Source of the DNA: Parasitella parasitica NRRL 2501
Taxonomy: Eukaryota > Fungi > Mucoromycota
Direction: 5' to 3'
NCBI GenBank assembly: GCA_025201805.1
Contig: MU619267.1
Location: 102,020-166,019 of the forward strand
DNA length: 64,000 bases
Shown: positions 1 to 12,237 of the stretch, piece after piece
How positions within the stretch are numbered: position 1 is the first letter of the stretch
How the letters are laid out: every line of letters starts with the position of its first letter
Notes under the pieces: model-generated
What the model was told of the DNA's origin: nothing
The model's input: only the letters and a program-made list of their open reading frames with translations
Databases searched by the model: none
Position numbers and translations under genes: made by a program

Positions 1-30
1 CAGTAATTGACCCTTTTTTCCCCCCCCCAG

Positions 31-317
31 ATGCACTACAACTTGCCTTTTGTGTTTCTTGTCTCTTAAATATCCTGAGTGGACCATTCTTTTCCAATTC
101 TTAGTCTCACTTGATTTCAGCTCTCATTATATGCACATGTATAGGTATGTTTGACAGCAGACTTGGAGGGCATAGCAACGATTAACAGCAAAATAATTTT
201 AGCTCAATGATCTCAGGATCATCTAGTCACAAGAAGATCAGTGAGAAGCAAAGTTGGTATCTTCGTATTTATTACACCAACAATGTAGGTTCAATTATAG
301 AGATATANNNNNNNNNN

Positions 318-348
<31 letters not shown>

Positions 349-657
349 CCCCACTCATGTGCGTATTTCTGGTAGATTGTTTTATTCATCATGTGCGCTG
401 GTAATGAGCTTTTCTTTGTTGCGCTCTACGTTCTCAAATTTACTGGACCATTAAATCGTAAGGAAGGAGGGATGGAAAGCATGAATAACTTACAAATGTG
501 TTTTATAGTATTTTGGTGGAGTATATTAGCAGTGACAGGTGTAATTTGCTTTGCTAAGCAATGCATCAATGTCGTACAAATTGTAAATGCTAGCAAGACC
601 TTAGCGACCATTGATCAGGAAGAGAGGGCGAAAATTGCTTTAGACAAAAGTAATTAG
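31..657 (+). CDS. PIS1: Phosphatidylinositol synthase, 3' exons (gene starts before the window)
   Basis: Spliced reading gives RCTTTCLLCFLSLKYPEWTILFQFLVSLDFSSHYMHMY, SMISGSSSHKKISEKQSWYLRIYYTNN and MCAGNELFFVALY...KQCINVVQIVNAS. These match the LD.SSHY.HMY, SHK and CAGNELF motifs of PI synthases. Confidence 0.88.
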
Positions 658-2747
658 ATACATGGACATAGGAGAAGCAAAATGTGAATGAAATAACCCT
701 AGAAAATAAATAAAAACATATCATTTCAAGAACATGAAGAGCAAGTTTATTAGGTTGTACTAACAGTGTGAGATGGAACATGGAGAATCAATGAAAGCTC
801 TGTTTCCAGCATCGGGATCAGACCATTTTCATTTCAAAAATCGAGTATGCATGAAATTAGCTTTGCATGGGCTATGTCTCACGATCTCTTGAGAATGAGA
901 AGAGCCAACCTTCCTTTTCAAGACTTTTCATTATCATCAACAAGGGCACATGCAAAAAAAAAAAATCTCTTTTCTATGTAGTCCTACCTTTCGATGCACG
1001 TTTAAAGCCCAAAACTCGAGGCATAAAACTATAAAAAGTCGCATCGAATCAATTGCGCATCATTTGTTGCTTGAGCAGATATTTTACTTTTTCCGAAATA
1101 GTAAAACAACGCGTTTTGCTACAAATTTGTCCTTACAAGAACATAAACACCAAGCAGCTCAAGTAAATCTTGTCAATCCATGTCTATTAGAGTAAATGTT
1201 GGACTTGTCTTGAAATACATTACTGGTAGACTTTATGGCGATAATGAACCTTTTCAGTGGAAATTATTCTCGTATTATATACTTTATCATGTTCTACAAT
1301 TTGGAAAAATGGTATTGGGAGTAATCTAGGTTCTTCGATTCCCAGGGTTAGGTTAAAGCGGCTTTTTTAAAATGTCTGCCAAGAACCGACGGTTGGGTTA
1401 GCATATCCATAGTAAGTCTAAAACGCAAAGTAGGGCTGTATGACCAATTCCGAACCTTCAGCATTTATCGTCGATACATACTTGACTGTTGCTGCAATAC
1501 ATCAAGTGATCTTCTACTTGAAACTAACGCCTGAAACTGCTAAACGAAGGCGATAGAGTTCATTATAAAGGAGCTTAGCTCCATCAGCTGCATTTGATGC
1601 TTTATACCATGCAAAATCTTGACTTTAATCTAGATATCTAAGCTAAAACTTTAATGAACGCGTTGTTTAATCAATTGCTTGGCCATCCTGGTTAAGAGCT
1701 TGTCTAGAAATGTAAAACTTGCTACATTTTTTTTTTTTTTTTTTTTAATAAACTTGCAACATTTAGGATAGTATTAGGATTTCTGAATATAAAAATTTCC
1801 ACTAAATGATACCACATGTAGTACAAAGCTTCTTGGACACAAATATTGAAAATTTTTTAGTCTTGTCTCCTTTTTGGGTAGCTCTAGAATCGTCTATGGG
1901 CATTTGGGCGCCTTGCTTACAGAAGTGGTTTAACCAGAATGTTTCATGACACTCTTTAGCTTCACTTGGTCATGAACGTTATTTATCTTTAGTAAAAGTT
2001 TGTTTCCAGTATTAGTCGAATAACACGAGTCTGCATAGTCCTTTCTTCTTTTGAGCCTAAAACCGACATTTTTCCTAATATAAAAACTGCTTATAAAAAA
2101 CATCGACTTTGAGTTTCAAACCAAGCGCTAGATTCACAAATGTCGGTTGTATACTAATAGGTTTCTTGGTATTATATTATCGTCCAAATCATTATGGATA
2201 CAAGATTGTTGGATAGGGGTGTTTGCCTTGGAATCATCAGTCCTCACGCTACAATTTTTCTCTTTTTCTTTTCGTCTTTAAGCCAAGTGTAACACGATAC
2301 CACTTACTCCCTCTTGTTTCCTCTTCTCTTTCATTTACAACTAATCCAAATCTATCGTGAAAACCCAACATGTCGGCTCACGAGGTGATGTCACGAAGTA
2401 GATATGTCTCTATTTTTTATCTCTTCTACATTGCGATCTTTTTTCCTCTTTCTTTCCCTCTCTGGCAATTTTTGTTGTTCGTTTAAAACCAAATTTTATA
2501 AGCCTTAGTTTCTTTTTTTTTTTTTCCAAGCTCACACCGAAACATTTCTTGCTTGAATCTGATTTACTTGATTAAATCGAATAAGCAAACCTACTTTTCG
2601 CAATCATATACACAAAAGAACTGTTGAAACATTTAGCTGGTAACACCGATATGGAAAGAAAAAAAAAATATTCTATGGAAATTTACTTTTTCAACAATTG
2701 CAATTACTCAGGGAAAACAAATACATGTTGAATAGTTTACACTAATT

Positions 2748-4903
2748 ATGGCAAAAAGTAGCAGTAGATCTAGCTCAGCAACAAGTTCAACCGGAGGAGA
2801 TCAGGACCAAAGATATAAAAGGTTTGTTAATGATTACAACGGAACTGGCCAAGTGAATCTGATTTTTTTTTCTTTTAATTCACATAGGCTCAAAGTAGAG
2901 TCAGGTAGCGATATCGAAGAAACACCTGTTAGCGACGCTCTTGTTATTGCGCCTGCCGTTGGAAACATAAAAACACAGGCTGCATTTGTCAACAAGCTTT
3001 ACAAGTAAACAGATGAAAATGAGTATCAAAAACAAAAATTAACGCTTGATTAATAGAATGCTAGAAGATCCAGATACCTCTGATTTGATCGCATGGTCAA
3101 GCCATGGAGATCTGTTCAGTGTATCAAACCCTACAGCATTTTCGAAAAGCGTTCTTCCGCAGTATTTTAAACATAATAACTGGCAAAGTTTTGTCAGGCA
3201 ATTGAACAGTAAAATTATCGCTTTTTTCTATTTAGATTATGGAAATTTAATTTATCGCTCGATATAGTGTACGGATTCCATAAAGTCAATGATTTGATCC
3301 ATTCGAATCTAACAAACGAAAACCAAACATGGGAATTCAAGCATCCGAATTTTCGAAGAGGTGCAGTGGGAGATTTGCAACACATTAAGCGGAAAAGTGC
3401 AAAAACCCAACAGCTCCAATTGCAACAGCAATTGCAGCAACAGCAACAGCATCAACAGCAGCAGCAACGGGATCTTCAAATACAGCATCGCGAACAGGAA
3501 GAGCGAGAACAGCAACAACAGCACAGAGAAGAGCAGCAGCAGCAGTATTATACAAATAATACCGGTAATAGGAATGATAGCAACTTAAAACAAGAGATTG
3601 CTGATTTGCAAGATGATAATAATCCAGTGATAAAGCATATTTTACGAATTGAAGACCACTTACTAGGTGTAACTAGATCTTGTGAGCAGCTTTTTAATGA
3701 GGTTGTACATTTGAGAATGGTTGTTTCCAAGCAACAAACTGTAAGTTGTTTTTTCCTTTTTTAGGGGTTTTCAACTAGGGGCGGGGGTGGGGTGTGTGCA
3801 TTAACCTTGTAGATTAGGATAATCGTGTTAATGGATATTTTTCTTATTTAGGCAATGCAGGATTTAGTCGATGTTGTTTCTTCGTCAGCAAAATCGAATA
3901 GTAATGAGAAACAGCCTTCACCTTGAGAAAAAAAAAAAAATTAATTAATCCATTTTTGTAGATTGTGGATGTTCTTCCAACAGCAATAGTAACAATAATA
4001 ACAACCAAGAGCTACAAAATGGTAAATGACGAATAGATATACTCAATCACAGTTTGCTTAACAATTAATTTATTAAAAATCAATCCTTNNNNNNNNNNAC
4101 CAAAAAAAAAAAAAAGCTGAAAATCTTCGAATACAAGTTTCTAGAATGAAAGAGAATCAGATTATGAGCAATTCAGGTCAAAGCTTCAGCAATAACAACA
4201 ACCAGAGCAACTATGGAAGCAACAGTAGCAGCAATAGCAGTAACCACAACACAACTGGCAATGAATCATCAAACGCAAGTTGGTCACCTATTGTGCCGCC
4301 CTTGTCAGCTTCTATCAAAATAGACCATTCTCAGTCTAATTCGTCTGATCCAAATTCCTTTTCTCAGCAAAATAACAATAATGATACCAAACAACGAAAA
4401 TTACTTTCATTTGATTCAATGCAGCAACAACAATGCCAATCATCTTATAGATTAGACAACCATAGCAGCTACAACGGTGGTCGTAATTCTACCTTAACCG
4501 CAAACAACAGCAGTGGCGACGAGCATGCTTACTACAACAGCATCAACTCCAATGGTGAGCCTCTCTCCAATTTTGAAAGGAAGTCATCTGAAGCTTCTTC
4601 AGCGTCTTCTTCGGCGTCTCATCAAAGATACAATGCTGGTAAGCTGGTTAGTTTCCATGTGTCCCTGAAAGATTTTTTTTTGACATGTATATAAAGTAGA
4701 TTCTGAAGGGAATAAAACTAGATCTTCCAAGATGAGCTTTGGAAAGCAATCTCACATGCTAAATCCAATCGATGGTAAGCGCAAACACCGAAGAAAGTCC
4801 AAAGCAAAAGCACCATATTAAACAGTGATCTACGATAGATCGTTACCGAAACAAGAACAACAACAATAATGATGATGAAAACGACAATAACAGCAAACAC
4901 TAA
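2748..4903 (+). CDS. HSF-family (heat shock factor-type DNA-binding domain) transcription factor, multi-exon
   Basis: AFVNKLY / MLEDPDTSDLIAWS / FSKSVLPQYFKHNNWQSFVRQLN / MYGFHKV...WEFKHPNFRRG is a canonical HSF DBD, followed by a polyQ tract, a coiled coil and an S/N-rich tail. The 3' end is uncertain (stop near 4820 or at 4903). Confidence 0.88.
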
Positions 4904-6666
4904 CAACGAATACCAGTAAAAAAAAAACCCCCCTCCCCCATTTTTTTTCTTTAATTATTATATCAAATGTTCGAATCAAATTTATGCCTCTTTCAAAATA
5001 TTATTTATAAAATTCATCCCTCCTTTTTTTCCCCAGAAATAAACCAGTTGTATATTCGTGTTGTGTGCGAGCGAGCATTTGATTTTGCATGCTGCTATCT
5101 TGTCCAAGAAGTGGGCGTTTTGTTTGTTTGTTTGGATTAGATGCGCCACATCTTTTTAAGAATATATTGGATGTGCTTGTGTTATCATACCACTCGGGCC
5201 CTTCCCCCCCCCCCACTGCTCATTTTCATTATAAAACCCATCAATGATTGATGTTTTTTCGGTTTTGAAGGCATATTTTATGGTGTTCTAGTGGGCAGCA
5301 AGTGCGCAAAACTACACCAAACAATTTCTCAGAACTTGTACTCGATATCTGATGCATTTTCACTTAAAAAATAGACAATGAAAAAATGATCGATTTTCAA
5401 CAATTTTTGATGAGGGTTTACAAGGGAAAATTTGCGGAATAGCTATTATCCGATTTTTTGTTCTGAACAACCTGTTTTTACCAAACCAAGTACTAGTAAA
5501 AAATGACCAGAAATACTCCAATTTTTATATAAAGCCGTCTGTTGGAGGTGTTACTTAAGCAAGTTACAGTCTTTTAGTCGAAAAACGTATTCTCCTTCAA
5601 CTGCAGATTACTCGAAATTTTACGATAGCTTTTTACTTCAAAAGTATACCATTAGATGCGAAATTCAATATTCTACAAAATTGATTAAGGCTATAATATG
5701 AACTATTTTTAAACTCAATTGATGGCGACTGCCATTCAAATACAGACTTTTAAAATTGTAATTTTTAAAAATTATCCAAAGATTCTGACCTTCTTCAACA
5801 TGAAGAGATAAGAGTAAGCTTTGACGATATGATATCAATTTATTCTAGTATGCATGTCTAGTCACATTTCTATACTGAAGCTTGCAAGTAAAGATCTCGA
5901 TATCATGTAAACAAAGTTAAAGGGAAAAATTGAGAAGATTGTAGGTATACATTTTTAACGGTAAATGTCTTCTAAAGATGTTATAACTACTGATGTCTTA
6001 TTACATAGACCTTTAATACTAATTCAGTCTTATTCAACGGAATATTTAGTTTTTATAAGTTCGCGACTCTTGATATTAGCCGGTGCCATTTGTTGTAGAG
6101 TACAACCATGCTTATTCCTTATTGGGTCTACATCATTGGCAACTGTGTCATTGGATGTGAAGATGGAACTTATAAGTGCTGTTGGAAAGGTTACGTTATC
6201 GTTAGATATAGTTTCTCAACACCATCTTCGGGTTTGACCGTCAAGAGTGGATTAAGTAACCTAATTTTCACTTTTGAGGGGTAGTTGTGCTCTTAAATCG
6301 CTTAAATATCTTCTTTCGAAACTGGGACTGTATAGCTTTATCTGGGTTTCCAATCAAGGGCAGAGTCAGAAGTGGTAAATTGACAGATGCAAAAACACTT
6401 TCTTCAAGAGGAACTGAAGACAGCGAGGATGTTCCTATTGAACACATACAAAATTTCATCCAGCACTTGATCAATATATTCTCTAGATATTTGAATAAAT
6501 AACCTTTGTAACCGCCTTAATATTTGGTCAAATTATTTTCTCAAAAGCGAGCAATTTATTTTCAAACTGCTGGGCAAATTTAGATTCTCACACAAATGTC
6601 CAAATTTTTTCAAAAAACTGGGCGGAGTTTTCAAACATCCGGTAAATTGAGAGTGGAAACACAGTA

Positions 6667-6790
6667 CAGCTAACGCAGTGCCAAAGGGCGGTTTTTTAAA
6701 TCAAAAGGGCGGGCCATTTTACGTATATTTGTATTATAAAGTAGCCGCCCTTTAGTTTTAAAAAACCGCCCTTTGGCGTTGCGTTGACTG
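6667..6790. mobile_element. 124-bp MITE with ~46-bp imperfect TIRs and TA flanks
   Basis: Left end TA-CAGCTAACGCAGTGCCAAAGGGCGGTTTTTTAAATCAAAAGGGCGG. The reverse complement of the right end is TA-CAGTCAACGCAACGCCAAAGGGCGGTTTTTTAAAACTAAAGGGCGG. Confidence 0.8.
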
Positions 6791-7434
6791 TATTGATGAA
6801 AAGTGCCAAACAAATCCAAATTTTTTTGTTTTCGGAAAATAATCAAAGAAAACCCTGGCTTCGTATCTTACCTCTGATTGGCCAAAAAATCTGATATTTT
6901 GGACGCGCAGCTTCCGCGATAAAGATGATGGAATGCTCAAGCATGGCATTGTTTCAACGATATTAGAGTTCCCCAATATCGGTAGGATTGCCAATAAAGA
7001 TAATCATCGTACTCTAGAAACAAAAACAAAAAAAACAAAAAAAGATGCTTTCAGGCCTTTTTTTTCTTTTGATTTCTTGATCCTGCAAAGCAAAATTTAC
7101 TGTCGTAAAAATTGCATGTTTTCATTTGTAAGTTTATACGCTGTCGAATATGCGTACATACATCATGTTAGGTAAACACTCCTCCAATTTTGACATACAG
7201 ATGCAATAATGCTGATGTGTAGCCTGAGCTTTTTGGTGTCTTGATCTAGAGATGCTTCACTAGCACTCGTTATCCTAGAAACATTAAAGCGTACCGATCT
7301 CCATGCAGATATCGCTTGGTTTAGATTTCAAACACAAAACCCTTATATGACAAACCTGCCTTATCAGCATCTTTGGCGCATTTATCTTAATGGAGTGATC
7401 CATTTGACTGTAAACTTACACTAAATATGTGCTG

Positions 7435-7758
7435 TTAATGCGCTGCAATAGAAGGTTGGGCTATATGAGCGATCCATAAAGATGCAATCGGTTCTTTATC
7501 TGAGACGACTTCAATATTCCTCACTGATATTCTGGCAGATGAAACGATCATGATGTTCTCTGAGTTCATAAATCTGGTAGTTACAGAGTAGACAGCTCTA
7601 ACAATTAGAAATTGAGAATGGCTGGTGAGTTTCGATATTCTATCTGCGAATGTCTTTCCAGACCCTAGTGGAGCACTAACAACAAAAACAAAACTGACAT
7701 CAGACGCTGCCAAATATCTTTGTGAATTGCCTAATCCCTGGGGATTATGCGTTGGCAT
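7435..7758 (-). pseudogene. Decayed P-loop NTPase fragment, possibly an origin-binding-protein-like SF2 helicase
   Basis: The ORF contains FVFVVSAPLGSGKT, a hydrophobic strand followed by a Walker A motif. Stops and frameshifts flank it, and no clear Walker B is present. Confidence 0.3.
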
Positions 7759-8136
7759 ATTTATCGTTATTATAAAATGGAGGGGAATTTGTTTAGCCTT
7801 GCGTGTCGCTGCTTGTTATGGAATCTCAAACACATTTCAAAGGAATGCAGCAAATTTTTTTCTTGTAGGGCATACTTGCAACATCGCATTAGCAGCGTTT
7901 ACATAAATGATCTGTGCCTGAATCATGTGAAACAAGCACATTCACTCAATTGTGAAAATAAGCAAAATTAGTATAATATTCACATCAAATTGTTTTTTTT
8001 AATGCCCCCACTTGCTATTTTACCCCACAAAAAAAAAAAAAAAATTATACACTACATAAATATAAAACATATCCAATCCTTGGCTGAATCCCTCTTTTCT
8101 CTCTTTTTCTTTCTTTTGAACTGAACAGAGACAACC

Positions 8137-11100
8137 ATGGACAACAACAAAACCGAGAAACGCATACAGGAACTAGTAGAAGAATACAAAAAGTCTGGTG
8201 ACGACTACACAGTCGACAATCCTAGAGCACTCAAAATTCATGTTAAAAGAGATTTGACATCCAACGGAAGAGAGCATCGCAACGTCGTGTAAGTGTGTCC
8301 AGAACGCCTGTCTTGCTACATTTTTATTCAATCGTTGCCGGAAACAGAGAGAAAGAGCCGCGCCGTATTAGAGAAGATCCCGTTGCTTTCATGCTCAATC
8401 TTGGACTATATTACCAAGGCACTGTAAGTACATGGATACTATTTACGTACATTTATGTGTCATGATTTACTCAATTCCTATGTCGTTATGCAGGGCTGGC
8501 GAGGATATAACGATTACATTGGAACCAAAATCTTATACCCAAACTGTTCGGCCAAGATTAAGCAAGTAGTGCTAGATAGTAAAAAAGGTAATTGCAAGAT
8601 AATACGCACGTGAAAAAGGGAAGGTGTCTGATTTCTATGCATGCACAGTACAAGAGATTATTACTCAACTGGCAGATCGACAAACTGAAATCCTAGTTGC
8701 CCAAAAGAAATGGAAATCAGACGACAAGAGGATCGAAAAGCAAAGAAGGGCATTGAGAAAAGAGCTTGAAGTTGTCGCTAAAGCCATTGGGGAAAAGGCC
8801 ATCGCCACTGTTGACAGCGTCCGAACGTTACGGTATGCGGCAAAAACGGAACAATTGAGCATCTTGTCTAGTACTAATATCAGTATTTTAGATTCTTTGC
8901 CTTTGTTGTAAACAATATTCTTGTACGACTTTACCATCAAGGTGTTCATATCAGAGAGAGCGAATGGGTTGAGGTAATGACAGTCTACGCAGTATATCAT
9001 AGAATAAGCTCACTGTTTTTTTCTCTCTTGCTAGCTGAAAAGAGTTGCTATACTAGCGCAAGAAAAGAAACAATCGCTTATATTTCTGCCATCTCATAAA
9101 TCTCATATCGATTATTTAGTTGTATCTTACTTGATGTACAGATTAGGTAAGGATTCCAGCTTTTTTTTCTTTTTCTTTTTACTCACAGCCAAACAAAGAC
9201 TAACATTGGTTGTACCAGGAATACAGATCCCTCATATTGTAGCTGGTGATAATCTGGATATGCCTATCGTTGGCAAAATACTGAAATCCTGTGGCGCCAT
9301 TTTCATTCGCCGAGAGTGGGGTAATGATGAACTGTACAAGACAGTGTTGGAGGAATACATGGCTACACTGTTATCTCAAGGAAGTAATGTATATTTTTGA
9401 TTGTGCAACTTGGTAATAGGGAGCCCAGTTAACATTCAAGCTGTACAGTGAACTTTGAATGTTTTGTTGAGGGCACTCGCTCTAGACTTGGCAAACTACT
9501 TCAGCCGAAATTAGGTGTGGTCAAGATCATCCTGGACGCATTAATCGATAAGCGCTTTTCAGATTGCCATATTGTGCCCATCTCACTTGGTTATGATAAA
9601 ATCATCGAGACCTCTAGCTATGCAACGGAGCTGCTCGGCACTCCTAAAGAAAAAGAGAGTTTATGGTAAGTTTGCCCTTGGGATATAAGCTGTACACACA
9701 TATGCATTTTACAAACTCTCTATCATAGGGGTATCCTTACAAATACTAGATTGCTGCAGTTAAAGTGGGGTCGCGTTGATGGTTTGTACATGAAAGGAAT
9801 AGATAAGATGGCTTCTTTTATTTTACTAATGCGATACTGTGTAGTTCGCTTGGGAAAGCCATACTCACTGAAAGATTGGCTCAAAGATCAAGTCAAAATG
9901 AGAGGGTGCGTTTATATTGCATTTGGTTCCTGAATCTGTTTCTAATCTGACACGTGTTTGGACATGTTTATATCTTATAGCCCAATGGATGTCACTGACC
10001 CCACTCAGAAATCGATCTTGTTGAAGTCATTAGGTTACAGGTATGTAGAAATGCGCGAGTACACAAGTATGTACTGTACAGGAAGCATCAACTAATTCTA
10101 CCATATGTAATATAGAGTACTTGCTGACATTGTGAGTATATTATGCTATAGTCATATATGTTCTCCCCCTCCCCCTCCCCTTCTTTTATTTGTTAACGTA
10201 ACCATCCTTTAGAATGCTATATCTGTAGTTATGCCATCTGCATTGGTAGGTACTGTTATCTTGACATTGAGAGGAAGAGGCGTTGGCAGAAGCGAATTGA
10301 TTAGAAGAGTGGATTGGTTAAAAAAAATCATTGAAGATAAAGGCGGGCAAGTGTCTGAATTCCATGGCATGTCCACAGCAGAGATCGTTGACAAGTAGGT
10401 ATACTTGTATATAGTCGCGATGCACTAGCTAATGACATGAAAAAAAAAAAGAACCGTGGTCATTCATAAAGATCTTATTGGGGAAAGAAGAGGAAAGGAT
10501 ATCGTTGAACCAACATTTTACCCCATTGCAGCATTTGAACTCTCTTATTATCGCAATCAAGTCATCCATCTCTTTGTCGAGGAAGCTATTGTCTGTGCTG
10601 CGCTCTATTCTGTAGTCAAAAAAGGTGGCGGAAAGCCCCTTCAACGAATGCAATATGCTCATCTATTGGACGAAATATCATTCCTTTCCAGTCTGTTAAA
10701 ATTGGACATGATCTACAGACCTGGTGGAGTAGAAAGCAACACAAGACGAACTATTCAATGGCTTGCTGATAACAGTGTCATTGAACTCGGCGATGATGGT
10801 TGGGTGGGCTTATCCGATATGGAAAGAGGCTGTGGCAGAGAAAATTACGGTAACGAGGAGTATGTTTTTATGTAGCTTGTAATTGGTACTAATCCACATA
10901 TATGCATATACACGCCATGGCAGATTTCCTTTGCTTCATGATCTGGCCATTTATTGAATCTTATTGGTTAGCCGCGGTCAGTTTATTCACACTGGCGCCT
11001 CCTAGTGTTGTGGCGGGACAAGACCCTATTTGGGTGGACAGCAAGCTGTTTGCTAATCGAACTCAATCACTGGGCAAAACGCTTTATTATCAAGGTGATC

Positions 11101-11474
11101 TCAGTTATCTAGAAGCTGTGAATAAGGAAACACTGAGCAATGCATTTGTTCGGTATGAGGAGCAAAACATTTTGCTTAAAAGACGCCATTCCAGTCCTAA
11201 ACCATGGTCTGAAGTTGCTGTCAGCCCTGCTTATACCCCTGAACGTCAAAATGGGATACTGATGCCTCGAGGTCATCTTTGGGAGTTGGTTGATCATATT
11301 GGTAGATTTCGTCGTGAGGGTAAAAATAGAAGAGATAATGCTACAGTGAGCACTCGAGTACTTCGAATGGCTGATATCCTTGGAGAGGACAATGCCATTC
11401 CTACAGCTAATCAAAAGGCTGCTGCCAAGAAGAATCCAGTGGCTGACAGTACTGCTAACAAGGCCAAAATCTAA
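8137..11474 (+). CDS. Glycerol-3-phosphate/dihydroxyacetone-phosphate acyltransferase (PlsB/GNPAT family), many introns
   Basis: Acyltransferase blocks FLPSHKSHIDY (HxxxxD), GAIFIRR, FVEGTRSRLGK and IVPISLGYDK. The C-terminus is ...KAKI. Confidence 0.9.
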
Positions 11475-12237
11475 ATAATAAAACTGCCCGATAAAGTTTT
11501 GGATAATTTTTGCAAGTGATACAATCGAAATGTCTCTGATTCATGTAAAGTACGACACCAGGGTCCAAGCCAAAGATATAGTCTTTTTTGAATTGATAAA
11601 TAGAGACTTAGAATACAAGACATTGTCATGTACAAAACAATAGATCGGCAGTAATTGTATTCAGCAAATCGAGAATAAAGCGATTTTTGTAGAGACTCAA
11701 CCAGATGTATCGCATCGCATAAATATAGACGCAAATGCAAAGCTGCACATTTCACATACCGAGTGTACCATGTAGCAAAATGTTCACAAGCTAAAATGTG
11801 GCATATTGAAGCAGCTGATTGATATATTCCGCTGTATAAAAGACACTTTTCTTTCTTTGTTGTACTACTGCTTTTTGTTATGTTCTCAATGCAATCAAAC
11901 TCAAGCTAATTAGAAAGCCATGGTCTACATTTGGTTTGTCAGTGTAGCACCATTAATAATGATGTAAGTTTTCTACAAATGCTTTTTTTGGGAGTTTACT
12001 CCTTAAAATAAGGACAACATGGGCTTTTGTGAATACTATATGTATACACTGAAAAGGGTTGGACATACCATGGCAACCATGATGTTGGCAATCTTCATTG
12101 GGAGTATCAAGATGGTATTGCAAAAGATATTATCTAAATAGGATTTCCAAAAAAAAAAAAAAAAAAAAAATAAGAGTAAATTTTTCTCTCATCTCTTTCT
12201 TCTTTCCTATCAATTTCCCAAGTATTTTACCACCAAG

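Noticed and set aside
2061-2148. 11-bp inverted repeat AACCGACATTT upstream of the HSF gene
   Set aside because: Too short, with no TSD or extension, so compatible with chance.
5300-6650. Possible transposon ends and a degenerate minus-strand coding stretch
   Set aside because: No matching TIR partner or recognisable protein motif was found by eye.
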